A model generated the notes under the pieces. It did not search any database and was not told the DNA's origin. It was given only the letters and a program-made list of their open reading frames with translations. This document shows, in pieces, positions 13,936 to 27,791 of a DNA stretch of 64,000 nt. A program made the position numbers and the translations under genes. Every line of letters begins with the position of its first letter. Positions within the stretch are counted from its first letter, which is position 1. Location of the stretch: the NCBI GenBank assembly GCA_054600435.1, contig BAAIJX010000014.1:310001-374000 (forward strand). Reading direction: 5' to 3'. This DNA is from Neophaeotheca triangularis (taxonomy: Eukaryota).

Positions 13936-15024
13936 ATGCAAAAGGTCCTCCAGCGCTCCAAATACGCCAAACAATACGCCAACAAACGCATCCAAGCGCG
14001 CAAAGAAAAACTCCAAGCCGACGAAGTCTGGGAACTGCGGCAAACCCACGCGCGCCAAAACCGCGAAAAGGGCGCCCTCTACCGCGAAGCCCGCACGAAT
14101 CGCCAAGTCGACTGGAAAGCTGGGCCCCTCGCCCCTCGCAGAGATGTTGGCGAAAAGGCTCACTCGTACGGCGCTATGAGCGTCTACAATTTCCAGCCGC
14201 CGGATCTCTACCCCCAGAACCGACCGAAGTGGTGTGGGATTACCGAGGGCGACAGGGTGGTAGTGGTGAAGGGCAGGGACAAGGGCACAATTGCCGAGGT
14301 TCAGGAAGTGTTTTTGTCTAGGGGCAGTCTGCAATTGCGGGATTCCGTTAAGCAGGATATCGTCTTGCCTGAGTATCTGAGAGCCAGGCAGGAGCAACGG
14401 TACCGCGAGCAGTCTCAAGACCCCAACGCGCAGGTGCCAGTCACCCAGGCTGTACCCGCTTTCATCCCCCTCGAGGATGTGCGGCTCGTTTACCCTCTGC
14501 CGGATCCCAAGACGGGCGTGCCGAGGGACGTTATCATCGAGCGGCTGGTGTCGGTGAACAGGCAATTTGACAAGGCAAAGAAGGAGTGGACGGATGGCGA
14601 GCGCCTGATCCCAGGCACCAAGACGCTGATCCCCTGGCCGGAAAAGGCGGACACGGAATACGCCGACCATGAGGTGGATACACTGCGCATTGACGTGGAC
14701 GCGTGGAGTTATCGCCCCAGTTTGATCGAGTACCCAATGCCGCCGAGCGTGATTGATGAGTTGAGGAGTAAATACAGCAAGTTCCGGACGAGGCACGAGT
14801 ATGAGTTTAGGGAGAGGAAGGAGGCTGAGGATGAGAAGATGGAGAGGAGGAAGAGGTTGCCTGAGACTATGCGTACGCCTCTGCAGGAGTTGGCTGCGAA
14901 GAGGGAGGCGGAGAGGCGGGAGACCGAGAGGGAATTATCCGAAGAACAGTTAGCCGGCATTGGCGCTGTTATTGCACAGGAGCAGGAGAAGATTGCTCAG
15001 GCTGTGGCAGGCAAGTCGAGATGA
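13936..15024 (+). CDS. MRPL40: Mitochondrial large-subunit ribosomal protein uL24m (KOW motif)
   Basis: Single 362-aa ORF with a basic N-terminus, KOW motif ITEGDRVVVVKGRDKGTIAEV, DVRLVYP, and PMPPSVIDELRSKYSKFRTRH typical of fungal uL24m. Confidence 0.85.
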   Translation: MQKVLQRSKYAKQYANKRIQARKEKLQADEVWELRQTHARQNREKGALYREARTNRQVDWKAGPLAPRRDVGEKAHSYGAMSVYNFQPPDLYPQNRPKWCGITEGDRVVVVKGRDKGTIAEVQEVFLSRGSLQLRDSVKQDIVLPEYLRARQEQRYREQSQDPNAQVPVTQAVPAFIPLEDVRLVYPLPDPKTGVPRDVIIERLVSVNRQFDKAKKEWTDGERLIPGTKTLIPWPEKADTEYADHEVDTLRIDVDAWSYRPSLIEYPMPPSVIDELRSKYSKFRTRHEYEFRERKEAEDEKMERRKRLPETMRTPLQELAAKREAERRETERELSEEQLAGIGAVIAQEQEKIAQAVAGKSR

Positions 15025-16468
15025 TGTTGAGGTGGGCGCATCGCGCGGAGAGTGTACGATTGGCAGGGTGCGTAGACTTGCTGTATACCCTTTGTACAAA
15101 ACATGTTGGCAAACTACAACAGCTTCTACGATACGCTCAGTATCACGAGTGAGTGCTCCTAAGGGAGCTTTTGTCAAGATCCACCACGTCTGTTATACAA
15201 GGAAATCCCCAAGGAGCCATGGGTATTAGGTACCACTTCGTGTGCCCAAAAAAAGGGTACATTGTTGGTCTGGTAAGTCCCTAAAACGAATTTCGACAGA
15301 CTGCATACGAGGCCGTCTTGACTAGAGCCCCCCAGGCAATATCCCAGTCATGTAGATAGATGATTGCAGTAGACAGACCTCCTTGCCTCTGCTTCCTTCC
15401 TGGAATCCCAAGACCAACAACAAGTGCATCCAGACGACTTGAAAAAGATCGGAACGAGACTAAGAAGCTCCACGTGCTCCCGACTTCTTACATCCTCGCC
15501 AAAGACTCTAATCGTCTTCGCCAGCTGTATGTGAATAAGGCACTCCATGATCGCAACACAGCCTCAACCTCAGCCCGATCGCTGATGTACACCCTTCTCG
15601 TCCCAAATCCTTCCTCCCAGGGACATACGAGAACTCATTCGTCGTCCCTCGTCACTCATCTGCCTGACCCTTGGCCAGCTTACCCGCCACGTGCCCCCGG
15701 CCAGCAACTCGGCTAAGTGCATACTATCTCCATAGGGAGTCACATTGCGCGCGCGCGCCCCGGTCGTCTCACTCTCGCTAACGTAGTGGAGGTACCTTAA
15801 AAGCGCAAGTGCAATGACTAAGCGCGCTCCCAACCTAAGACGACAAACCTCGTCCACTGCCAGCAACCGTAGCCATTGCCACGGCCTTAGCGGACTTCTC
15901 ACTCCCGGGAGAATTTCCAAGCAGGCCTCCAATCGAGCTCCCACGCGCCGCTCTCCCGGTGCTCGAGGGATGACTGCCCCGATGACAGAGCCATACATAC
16001 AGTACGTACTTAATAATAACATGCCCTTCCATTGCCAAGCTTCATGATCCTGCTCGCTGGCCGTCAAATCGGGAGTTTAAGCTGCGTGAGTCTTGTTGCG
16101 CAGAGGAGAGGGGTTGGGTTGCTTGGGGGTTTTTTTTCTTAGGCAGCAGTCATACTCACCCAGCTCCGGCTGTAAGTGATGAGTACATCGGGTAGGCAGG
16201 CGCTATCTTGGACACGTAGCTGTTTCTTGCCGTTGCGCAGCGTTGCGCAGCTCTCGCGTTTGCCGACTGGCTTACTTGGGTGTTCCTTTCTTGGGGGGTT
16301 GGAGTGGCTCTTGCTTGGTGATGTACGTGCCTGGGGGGAGAGCTTGTATATGAAGGCTAAGGAGTCGGGGGGGAGTTTGGTGTTGAGGGTTTGTCTTGTA
16401 AGATTGTTGTGGGTTTTACTGATGAGATCTTTTGCTTCTACTTTGCATTATTGCTTTGAGTGAAGATC

Positions 16469-17923
16469 ATGGATGTGGAGCAGAGAGTTCCTCGTGTTGG
16501 GCATAAGAAGAGTAGGCTTGGGTGCGCGCAGTGTAAAAAGAGGCATGTCAAGGTGGGTCTTTCGATGAGCTATAAGCACGAGAGCGGATGCGATGTACGT
16601 CTGATCATCGGCTAACCTCGATACAGTGCAATGAGGAGAAACCGGTAAGTCGTTGTCGCTTTCCGGAAGCAGGCCGACAAGAGAGCTAGTCTAACGTTAC
16701 CACGACAGTGCAGCAATTGCGTCCGACACGGGGTGGCTTGCAGTCTCGCCGGCGGCCCTCAAGTAACGCGCGAAGATGCGAAACCGAAACGACGCTCAAC
16801 CGGATCGAATTCAAGCACTTCACGCACGCCATCGCAAGAAGCAGCTGCGCGGCCAATGACGGCCATGCAATCGACCGACCCAACGCCTCTCGCCTCCGGC
16901 AACTCGAGCCCTTTCAGAGTCCTGTCCAGCTTCCTAAACCAGCACGAAACTCAACCTCAAGGTGACCAATGGCGCACTGACCTAGCGCTCATGCACCACT
17001 ACACCACAGGCGTGCAGTTCAGAATGTCCGAGAACGAGCAAGTGGAGCGCGTCTTCCACACCGAGATCCCCAAGGTCGCATTTACTTCCGACTACGTGAT
17101 GCACGCTCTGCTGGGCTTCACGGCTTTGAGCAAAGCACATGGTGAGCCGGAGACTGCTCCGGCGTTGCACCCACGCGCTGTTGATCACTTCGACAAAGCG
17201 CTCGTGCTGTACCGGCAGGATACGGCGCCGTTGGATGCTTCGAATGCTAACGCAAGGTTCTGTTTTTCCTGGCTCGTGGCGCTGTTCGCGTTTGCGATGC
17301 CACCGACTAAGCCGCCTATAGATGCGGTTGCAGAACTCTTCCTCCTGGCCAAAGGCATCAATTCCATCATCGGCGAGACCTGGCTTTCAGTGTCGCAAGG
17401 TCCGCTGGCTCCGATTTTGGCTGAAGGTTTCCAGAGCCAGGCCGGGTACATAGCACGTTCCAGTGGTGCACGACCGACGAATAATCCTGCAGGCATCGAC
17501 TACAGACTTACCCACCTCGACTTTTTACTCGGCATCGAGCCCATGGTTCCAGAAGAACGGAATGTTCTCGCCCTCGTACTTGCCGAGCTCAAAACCCTTT
17601 ACCAAGGCATGATGGGGGTCGCAGGCGGCGCGGGCGGCGTAAGCGCCATCCTTCGTTTCCCCAAGCGCCAAGACGCGGCACCTTTCGCGGACATGGTCAA
17701 GAGGCGAAGACCGCAAGCGCTGGTTCTTTTGGCGTACTATTGCGTTTTGCTGGACAGTTTGGAGGACCGATGGTGGGTGGAGGGCTGGGCTGGGAGGGTT
17801 TTGGAGGATATCAATTCCACGCTGGAGCCGCAGTGGTTGCATTGGATTAGCTGGCCGACGACTGTTTGTTTGATGAAGAGTGTGGTGTCGTCTTTTGTGG
17901 GTGAGGATGTGAGTATGTTGTAG
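16469..17923 (+). CDS. Zn(II)2Cys6 transcription factor, Upc2/Ecm22-like architecture
   Basis: Exons 16469-16552, 16627-16644, 16709-17923 rebuild HKKSRLGCAQCKKRHVKCNEEKPCSNCVRHGVACS. C-terminal part has DLALMHHYT...YVMHALLGFTALS and ALVLLAYYCVLL...WWVEGW. Confidence 0.88.
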
Positions 17924-18727
17924 ATGTAGGAGGTAGGAATGGGTTTGCTGATGGAAACGCTGCTCGATGAATTAATTACCTGGCTGCATGATAGAGATTT
18001 GATTGGAAGCAATGATGCGCAGTATCATTATCAGGCTGTATGGACGTACTGACCGTCGTTATATGCACAACGGACGGTGGTAAGTTAATATTAATGGATT
18101 GTGTATGTAGGTAAGGTTGTTTCAAATAACGTCGGCCACAGTCTGGTCTCGTTGTTGCGGGGAACGAGAGGAACCTTGAAGTCTGGGCGGAGGGGCAATG
18201 ATCTGACCGCTTGGACTCACTTGCTACCTAGAAACGAACATCCGCTCTCGTGGCGGCGGCAAGGCAGAAACAGAGTCAATCTCTGTCACACCCCGCTGCT
18301 AATACCCCTACCTAGCTACCGTATTGTCGTTGTTCACCTTGACTACACCACCCCCTTCTCGACTTTCCACCCAGAATCCCCCGAACAGGCTGTCGACGTT
18401 GTTGTCGCGGCACCGCTTTCCGCACGCCAGTTCTTGGTACCGCCTAACACAGCCACTGGGTCCCTGCCTCTCGCTCGCTCGCTGACTCCGACACTCCTCC
18501 ACAACCGACCAAGGCGAGCCAAGGCAAGCGTCTGCCGACCACCTACCGTCATCACCACCAACACCACCACCACCTCCTCTTTGTCCACCACCACCCGGAC
18601 TCAATTTTCACTCCGCCGAGCCCTGTTAGCATATGCACTTTCGGACAGGCAGCAAACCTTCGCCCCGTTTTGTCGTCGCTGCATAGCGTAGCCACAGTAG
18701 CTTCCGGCTGCGGCGCCCTCCAACACC

Positions 18728-21591
18728 ATGGCCGAACTACCAGCGCAGGCCAACATCAGGATCACCAGTACGCTCTCACCACGCTCGGAACACAACGGGT
18801 AGGGAGGGTCTGTCACTAACTTCGTGCTCAGTCATTGCCGCAGATGGCTTGTACAAGCGCGATGTATTCCGTAGGTTTCTCCTCTGATCTACGTCCCAAT
18901 TCTCATACTGACCGGAAGCGCAGGGTTCCCTGATCCTTTTGCCGTCGCTACCATCGGCGGTGAGCAAACTAAGACCACGGGCGTCATCAAGAAGACTTTG
19001 AACCCATACTGGAATGAGAGCTTTGACATGTGCGTGGATGATGTCCTCCACGTGGAGACTAAGAATGGGAATACTGACGGATAAGGCAGGCGAGCAACGG
19101 AAGAGAGCATACTAGCGGTACAGATCTTTGACCAAAAGAAATTCAAGAAGAAGGATCAAGGGTTTCTCGGCGTAGTCAACGTACGCGTGGGCAACGTCAT
19201 CGACCTGGATGTTGGCGGAGATGGTTCGTACATAATGTTGGCGATGGGATGAAGCATATACTGACTGGGTGCAGAGATGCTTACCAGGGACCTCCGAAAG
19301 TCCAACGACAACCTGGTGGTCAACGGCAAGCTGATCCTCAATGTCTCGACTAATCTTCGAGCACCGACCCCAGCAACCAACCAGTCCAACGCCACTCGAC
19401 CTCCTCCCACCGCCGCAGGTTCTTCGTCAGCAGTCGCCAATGGCGTGAACACGCCAGTGGGCGCGCAATCTTCCTCATCATTGACAGCTGATCGACCCAC
19501 GAGTAACACCGCAGCTTCTCGACAGACTAGCAGTAATGCTGTGGGTGCGCCAGCGAACGCGGGAGCAAACGGAGGCAATGCAGCGGGCAGACGAAATGAT
19601 GGGTCAGGCTTCAGTGCGTTTGAGGATGCCCAAGGAAGGTTGCCGCCAGGCTGGGAGAGACGAGAGGACAACCTAGGCAGGACTTACTACGTCGACCACA
19701 ACTCGCGGCAGACTACCTGGATCAGGCCGACTGCAAACTACAACGCAGGCGAACAAAGGGCGCAGATGGAGCAGCAGACACAGGTGGAGAGGACGAGGCA
19801 CGCAGGTCGCACGTTGCCCGAGGATCGCACCGGCGCGAACTCTCCAACACACTCTGACAGGAACTCGCCATCGCAGCCACCGGCAGCCAACAGTGGCGCA
19901 CCGAGCGCAAACGCCGCCTCGATGATGGCTACTGGCGCTACTACTGCTGGCACCGGAGAGCTACCTGCAGGCTGGGAACAGCGTCATACGCCCGAAGGTC
20001 GCGCCTACTTTGTCGACCACAACACGCGCACCACCACATGGGTCGACCCAAGGAGACAGCAGTACATCAGGATGTACGGGCCCAACGCTACAAGCAACAC
20101 GACCATCCAGCAACAGCCCGTATCGCAGCTCGGCCCCCTACCTAGCGGGTGGGAAATGCGTCTTACAAACACTGCGCGCGTGTACTTTGTTGACCATAAC
20201 ACGAAGACAACTACATGGGACGACCCGAGGTTGCCCTCTTCACTGGATCAGAACGTGCCACAGTACAAGCGCGATTTCAGGCGGAAGCTGATTTACTTCA
20301 GATCCCAGCCGGCTCTGAGGATCTTGAGCGGGCAGTGCCACGTGAAGGTCCGCAGAACTCACATTTTCGAGGACTCTTATGCCGAGATCATGCGCCAAAG
20401 CCCGAACGATTTGAAGAAGAGGCTGATGATCAAGTTCGATGGCGAGGATGGTTTGGATTACGGTGGTCTTTCCAGGTAAGAGAAGCCCAGAACCTAGAAA
20501 GCGAGGCAGGCAGCACTAACAACCTAACAGAGAGTTTTTCTTCCTTCTTTCCCACGAAATGTTCAACCCCTTCTACTGCCTGTTCGAATACTCGGCGCAC
20601 GACAACTACACCCTACAAATCAACCCTCACTCTGGCATCAACCCAGAGCATCTCGGCTATTTCAAATTCATTGGGCGTGTTGTCGGTCTGGCCATCTTCC
20701 ACAGAAGATTCCTCGACGCCTTCTTCATTGGCGCTTTCTACAAGATGATCTTGAAGAAGAAGGTCTCGCTCCAAGACATGGAGGGTGTAGATGCTGAGTT
20801 CCACCGAACACTTACCTGGACGATGGAGAACGACATCACCGATGTTATCTACAGCACGTTCAGCGTCGAGGACGAACGCTTCGGTGAGAAGGTCACTGTG
20901 GACTTGAAAGAGGGCGGAAGAGACATCGAAGTCACGAACGAGAACAAGGAGGAATACGTTAGGTATGTGACCTTCAGCCCTTGTGCGTGCTGATCAACTT
21001 TACTAACAGTCTATTCCAGCCTTATCACAGAATGGCGAATCCAAAAGCGGGTGGAAGAGCAATTCCAAGCCTTCGTCCAGGGCTTCCACGAACTCATCCC
21101 CGCAGACCTCGTCAACGTCTTCGACGAGCGTGAACTCGAATTGCTCATTGGCGGTATCGCAGACATTGACGTGGAAGACTGGAAGAAGCACACCGACTAC
21201 CGTGGCTACACAGAACAAGACCCAGTCGTGCAAAACTTCTGGAAGGTAAGCTAAAAAAAAAAACCCCCACCCTACAACCCGCCCAATACAAAAACCGGAT
21301 CAACTAACCCTTGTATTCCAGTGCGTTCGTCAATGGGACGCAGAGCAAAAATCCCGCCTCCTGCAATTCGCAACTGGTACTTCTCGAATCCCCGTCAACG
21401 GTTTCAAAGACTTGCAAGGGTCCGACGGGCCGCGGCGCTTTACTATCGAGAAGTCTGGAGAGGTTTCGCAGTTGCCTAAGTCGCATACTTGCTTCAACCG
21501 GCTGGACATGCCGCCGTATGCCAGTTTCGACGTGATGCAGCAGAAGCTTACATGGGCTGTTGAGGAGACTGTTGGATTCGGGCAGGAATGA
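18728..21591 (+). CDS. RSP5: NEDD4-family HECT E3 ubiquitin ligase (C2, three WW domains, HECT)
   Basis: Eight exons: 18728-18767, 18832-18870, 18924-19029, 19090-19223, 19275-20475, 20531-20962, 21020-21245, 21322-21591. WW domains [28 protein letters not shown] domain with catalytic [12 protein letters not shown]; ends GFGQE. Confidence 0.97.
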
Positions 21592-22358
21592 GAGGATTAA
21601 AGGACGGATGAGGGTTTGCGGGCGTTGGGAAAACTGGCAGGGAGGGGCGAGTATGGAGGAGATGTACTGAGAGGTGCCGTTTTGGCTTCTCGCAGGCAAG
21701 GTGGCCTGGAGCATGCTCGTGTGTATCTCACGAGCTGCAGTGATGCAAACGAGCGCATGCCAACGGATAGTCCGCAGGCTCCCCGTGCAGACATTGGCGG
21801 AAAACCCGGGAGCTGCTGTAACAGTTCGAGTGGCGCCGAGAAAAGAACAAGGCCAGAGAGCGCAGAAGGGGGCACTTTTTGCTGGACCAATCCTCCGACC
21901 TACACACGAACATTCTTGCTCTATCATTCTCTACTAAGCTCCGGAGCGCTTGGCTGGAGTTGCAGAGGGGCATGTCGTATTCTGAATTTTGGCTCTTCGA
22001 TTTCTCATCTTTATTATTCTTGCGAGTTGTAGATACTATGAATGAAACGAGTCTAGGTGGTGCGGGCTGCTGCTTGTGCTTTGGCGTCTCGGGTTATCGA
22101 AAACTTCTCAAGGTACCTCGAGTTTGGAGAGTGTCGTGCTGAACGGTGAATGTGGCCGAGGATTCATTGGAGTTGAGTTTTGAGTAAGGTACAGTAGTAC
22201 TAGCTAACCAATCGCTATCCACCCTTGGGCTTCATTAAACTTCATCATAGATTAAAAATAGGGGGGTATCTCATCAACCGCCATCATCGAACACGAAGCA
22301 AACCCAACCAAAGACAACACTCAAGCCCCCCTCGCTCCTTGCTTACTCCACTGCCTCC

Positions 22359-22916
22359 CTACTTCAAAACCCCCTTAACCTTCTCCCCAAGCGTAGGCTC
22401 CCTGACCGGCTCCCTCGCCCCCGTATCCCCCCTCAACCTCTCCCCCATCGTCGGCTTCGTCGTCGTCCCGTGCGAGCTCGAACCCCCCAAAATGCCCCCA
22501 CCGCCCCTCGTCTCACGACCCCTATCACCCGACCGCCGGCCCGAACCCCCCAAAATGCCGCCACCGCCACCGGCACCCCTGTCACCAGACCGCCTCGTCG
22601 ACGCTCCCAAACCCCCACCCTCGCTCCGCCGCGACGACCGCGTATCGTGCGTGCGCTCGCTGGCCATGGGGCCGCGGCCGCCCGTCGTCATGCTTGCGCC
22701 CGTGTTCATGTTCTTGTCCGGGTGGGTGGTGGTTTTTTTGGTCGTGGTGGTGGTGCCTGTTAGTGGGTTGTGGCGGGTCGAGGTTGTGGTTTTGGCGTTG
22801 GGGTCGAGGTCTTCGGGTTCTTTGCCGCGGATGCGGTCGAGGAGGCCGGGCTTTTGGGGAGGGGAGGAGGCGCTGGTGGGGTGGGGTTGGGAGCGGGTGC
22901 TCGAGGTAAGGGGCAT
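22359..22916 (-). CDS. Hypothetical small hydrophilic Gly/Thr/Arg-rich protein
   Basis: 185-aa ATG ORF with internal repeats (GGGGILGGS x2; KPTMGERLRG / EPTLGEKVKG). Composition resembles fungal stress/hydrophilin-type proteins (inference). Confidence 0.65.
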   Translation of the reverse strand: MPLTSSTRSQPHPTSASSPPQKPGLLDRIRGKEPEDLDPNAKTTTSTRHNPLTGTTTTTKKTTTHPDKNMNTGASMTTGGRGPMASERTHDTRSSRRSEGGGLGASTRRSGDRGAGGGGGILGGSGRRSGDRGRETRGGGGILGGSSSHGTTTKPTMGERLRGDTGAREPVREPTLGEKVKGVLK

Positions 22917-23777
22917 GGTTGTTATTGTCTTGGGGTTGGTGTTGGTTGGGGTGGGGTTTTGGTGGGTTGGTTTTGGTTTTGTTGGTTCGATTGGAGTGGG
23001 TTTGCTTGGTACTAGTAACGGAGAGGAGAAGGGAAAGAGAGGTGACGGGATGGAAGACGAAACGGATGGCTATATACCACTTCTCTTTGTCTCCCTACCT
23101 TGGATTCCGCCGTGGCACACAGCCTAGCCAACATCACGCGACCGCCCTGACGTCGCTTTACACGCCATCAACAAGCAGGAAAACTTGGTATGGCCGCTGA
23201 TCGCCGGTAAGTTGTGATAGTGCGAGTGGGTGTTTGTGAAGTTGTTTGCTGCTCCTACGATACGGGAAGCCGACGTCATGTAGGATCTACAGGCAGCTGG
23301 AGGTTGGGGTGTCAAAAGCAGGGCATGGTACCCTGTTTCGGCTTTCTAGCGAGGACTCGGCGTGCGTATAAGGCGGCGGCTGTCTGAGTCTGACATAAAT
23401 TCATTACACCTGAATGAATCGTAGCATATCTGGTCGGCATGACTAGGTGTACTTTAACCCCACATTTGAGACATGTTCATGGGAAGAGAAGGGAAAAGGG
23501 GGAAAGAGAAAGGAATGTTGACAAGCTCATGCCATAATGAAGCTTCCCCTGCCGGCGCGATCCGAGAGATGGAGAACAAAGCATCGGCGACGTCACGATT
23601 GAGTCGAAAGTGCATCGAGGTCACTGTATAGGTACGGTAGCTAGGTAAACATAAACATGCCACTCGTACAGCAACATAACTTCATTTGTTAAACGTCTCC
23701 AATCGCCTGGTCAAGACAACTTACGAAACCCAGCTATATCCCCCGACACCCCAGTCGACGAGCATACCCCACCCACC

Positions 23778-24720
23778 ATGGCCATAATCCAAAACTGGCT
23801 GCCCCCAAACCGCGAGAACTGGGACTTCCTCTGCTGGGCATGGCAATTCTTCCCCCTCGTACGTCTCACACCCACCACCACCCACCACCCTATCCCCCCT
23901 CAGCGCAACTAACCCCTCCTCCAAAAACCCCCAGCTCACAGCAATCCAATGGCTCACGCCCTTCTACCCCCAAGGCAAAACCTCCATAACCTCACGCTAC
24001 AACCTCCCAGGAAAACAGGGCTGGTTCCTAATGGAAATCCCAGGGGCGATAACGCTCAGCTACCTCCTCTACACGCTGCCCCGCACGCTCCAACTCCCCG
24101 ACCCCTTACCCTGGCAAAACCACACAATGGCCACGCTGTACCTGATCCACTACAGCTACCGCGCGATCCTGGCGCCCTTGCTCCTCAACCCCTCCATGTC
24201 GCCCATCCACCCCCTAGTAGCGCTCTCAGCAAGCTGCTGGCAAATAACCAACGCGCTATGCCTAGGCGGCTGGCTGGCGGGCCACGGCCCCACGACGCAG
24301 GCCGACTGGAGCGGCAACCTGTACCACGTGGAAATCGGGCTGGTGGTCTGGGGCTGGAGTTTGCTCGCCAACATCTTCCACGACGACGATTTGCGGGAGA
24401 TTCGGCGCGCGGCGTTGCGGCGGCAGAAAGCCAGGGCGGAGAAGGAAGGGGTGCCCGTCGAGGGCGTCGAGAAGTTGTATTCCGTGCCGAAGAATGGGCT
24501 TTTTCGGTTTGTGCTGTATCCGCATTATCTGTGTGAGTGGTGTGAGTGGTTTGGGTTCTGGGTGATTAGTGGGTTTGCTTGTCAGCCGGCCAGGAGCTTT
24601 TTGGTTAATGAGGTTGCTACTATGTTGCCTAGGGCGCTGCAGGGGAGGCAGTGGTATTTGGAAAAGTTTGGGCGGGAGAGGGTTGGGGGGAGGAAGGCCG
24701 TGATTCCGGGGTTGTTGTGA
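23778..24720 (+). CDS. 3-oxo-5-alpha-steroid 4-dehydrogenase (steroid 5-alpha-reductase) family membrane protein
   Basis: Exons 23778-23858 and 23935-24720. GWFLMEIPG, HYSYRA, NIFHDDDLREIR, YSVPKNGLFRFVLYPHYLCEWCEWFG, MLPRA...WYLEKFG...RKAVIP. Confidence 0.9.
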
Positions 24721-24989
24721 TGGGACATGAGGTTGTGGTATTAATACAGGACAGCATTGTGTTTGTGAGCGAGGTGTTGATGGCTTCTGATACGTATCGA
24801 CGTTATGTCATTCGACTAATTACATATATGGACGTTTCACTAGACGTGGCCCATGCGTCCTCTCCAACTCCAGCAAATGTCCGAGATCATTCATTCCCCT
24901 CTCCCTCAATGACCATCGTCCCAGCGCGGCTGTGATACCTCTAGCCGCCCAGACACCTGCCCGTGTCCGTTCAAAGCCCCCTCCACCCT

Positions 24990-27791
24990 TCACTCATTCC
25001 CATTCAAAAAGAAATCCAAATCACTCGGGCCCCCCGTCCCTCCACCCTCATTCTCCGCCAACTGCTCGAGCAAACTCAAAAATGGATCCTTGTCGGGGTC
25101 GGTATGAGAAGAATCGGCGCTCGCGCTCAGCCCGCCAGGAGTCGTTTGCTGTTGCTGCTCCCACGCTTGGGCGCCGTAGAAGGGGTCGTATTGGCCTGTG
25201 TCTGAGTGCTGGAGCGAGGGGTTGTGGGTGTGATTGTGATTGTTGTTGTTGTTGTTATTGTTGGAGTGGTTTTGGTTTTGTTGTTGTGGTGGTAAGGGGC
25301 TGAAGGTGAAGTTGGGGGAGAAGGTTGTTGGGGTTGTGAAGGAGGCGGGTTGGTGGAGGGCGAGGGCCGACGGGTCGTTGGCGTTGCTGGTGGCCGTGTT
25401 GGTGAAGTCGAGTTGTGGTCGTTGCTGGGAGGGTGTTGGGGCTAGGTAGCCGTCATTGGAGGCTGCGGGCTCGAGGGGCGGATTGGGCGGGTTGTTGGAG
25501 GTGGCATCAGTGTGAGGCGTTGGATAAGGGAGGGATGCGTTGGTCGTTCGGCGTTTCTTCTTCGTTCGCGCGACGGTTGGCATGGTATTCTGCGTCATGT
25601 ATTGCGAGGGTATCGGCGGTTGCTGCTGATACATGGTCGTATATTCCGAGGGTTGCTGACCCATCCACATCATGTCCGTCCCGTCTCCGTCTAGAGCTCC
25701 GTACGTCGACATGTCTTGCTGGATGGCGTCCATGACAATATCCGAGAATGTGACATGCGCGCCATCAATGTACGCGCCTGATGCTTGGTAGCGATCGAAG
25801 AAGTCCTCCATTTGGAAAACGGGGGAGAAGCGCATTGGGTTTGAGGCGAGTGATTTTACCAGCGACGAATGGCTGTTATACACCGTATGCAGCGTCTCGC
25901 GTTGGTGTTGCACGCCCGCCCACGCAAATATCAGATCGGAGAGATTCGTCATCTCTCGGGACAGAAAGTCCGCGCTGTTGGCAAACACATCGCCCTCGCG
26001 AAGGGACATGTAGTGTGCGCCGTGGACATGTATTGTGCCGGCCGTGCATATGCAGTATCCCACGAATGAAGGCCAGTCGATGATGGAAGTATTTTTCCCG
26101 ATCTCAATGAGTTCGGCAATAGCATTGGCGTGCAGGAAGCACAGATTGGTCGCCTCGATCTGCCACGATTGATGCTGTCCGGTACCAGAGAGTTCGGACA
26201 GATCGACCGGGAGAAAGGGGCGATATATCAAGCAGTGTATAAGGTGGTAGACGAGCTTGCTGAGCACGAGCGTCGAAGAATCGAACTGCCCAAACAGAGC
26301 ATCCACGGAGGAAAACGCATCCTGCGTGTTGGCTGCCCAGCAATCCAGATCCTGCCGTATCTTGGAGAGATTGGACTGCGCGTGCCATGGAAAGTGGGAG
26401 TCACCCTTGACGCCTCCAGCGGCCAGATAGCGGTTAGTCACTCCAAGCACCCTCACAATCTCCACAAGCATGGCACCACTGCCTTGGCCGGCGTTCGTAG
26501 TACCAGAGGCATATGGCAAGCTCGAGCCGTTTTGAAAGTAATTGCCATCAAGCAGCATCTGCGAGTTGGCGGGCTGCCACGCCGGTAACCGCAGGCATAT
26601 CGACTCGTCCGAAATCAAAGCCGGCCTTTTCGACCCACTCGCCGTGAAGCGATCCATAAGGTAGCACGTCCAGAACAGCTTGCGACGGCCCTCCCTTTCC
26701 GAGGGAGCAATCCGGAGCTGCACGGGAAGCTCGCGGTGCAAGCTGAGTGCGAAAGCCATGCTTATGGCGTGAGACAGGAGCATGTACGACGTTTTCCCCT
26801 TGCCGGACTGAAAGCTCTCGACCGCGAGCAGAAGGAGAGCTTGCAAGTGATCGATGCTCGGCTCGTCCACGTCGATTTCGAGTCGTGACTGCTGCGCGTA
26901 TTCCCGGCTTGCTTGCACCGCGCCATTGTGGCCGCCGCATAAGTGGGGAGCGTACCTGACGCTCGTCGCGTAGATTGCGTTGGAGAGAAACCGTGGCAGT
27001 TGGCCGTCACGGTATCGCTGCCTCGTCGCGGGCTCGTCGAGTATGTAGTATGGCTTACCGTGCAGCCGGGCGAAGTATGTGTCGAGCAAAGCCTCGGCAA
27101 CATCGATTGTACTCTTACTGGATCGACCAATGGAGTCGGATCGCATATCCAGGCTGCCATGTTGCTGCGCATCACTATTCTGCCTCAGCGCAGTCTCAGC
27201 CGCAGCTGCTGGTTGTCCTGACAGCGGGCTCGGGCCTTGCGCGTCCTGAGGACTACTCTCCAGTTTTGCTGTCCCCGACCCTTCCTGATTCTCCGCTCCT
27301 TCGTTTGTCTCGTTCTGCTCGTCTGTAGATCCGCCAGCCTCGACCGTATCATCGCCCTTTTCATCCTTCAGCCGCTTCTCCAGCCCATTGACTCGTTTCA
27401 GCAACGCTTCGAGCACGTCGGTCTTTGGTCCACGTTTCTTCGGCACCGCATCTATTCGAGGCCAATCAGAGAGTCGTCCCGGGCGGCCAGCTAAGACTTG
27501 ACCAGTACATACCGTAAATGCAAGCACAATTGAAGACCTGGCAAGCCTCGCAGGGCCGAAGGCGATTGCACTTGATCTGCGTCCACCGTGTCAGTTTCCC
27601 GGGAGTTGTAGAGGACAGTGCGGTATCTGGCGCACCTTGCGTTTGCGACAGCTCTTGCAGTTCATAGCCTCCTTTGGCTCGTTGTTGCTCAGCCGGCGCA
27701 CCGGCAAGCGGTCGATGCCGATCTGAGGTCTTGACATGGTGACGAAAGCTGCGTTGCCAGACCCCGCTGCAACGGTCTCGGTCGCCGCCAT
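24990..27791 (-). CDS. Zn(II)2Cys6 transcription factor with fungal-specific TF middle domain
   Basis: Exons 27791-27636, 27576-27513, 27451-24990 rebuild [39 protein letters not shown]. Middle domain AISMAFALSLHRE...EREGRRKLFWTCYLMDRF; Asn/Gln-rich and acidic C-terminus. Confidence 0.92.

Noticed and set aside
13888..14796. 302-aa minus-strand ORF
   Set aside because: Antisense to uL24m; no independent features.
22225..23127. 300-aa plus-strand ORF
   Set aside because: Non-ATG start and low-complexity mirror of the 22359-22916 gene.
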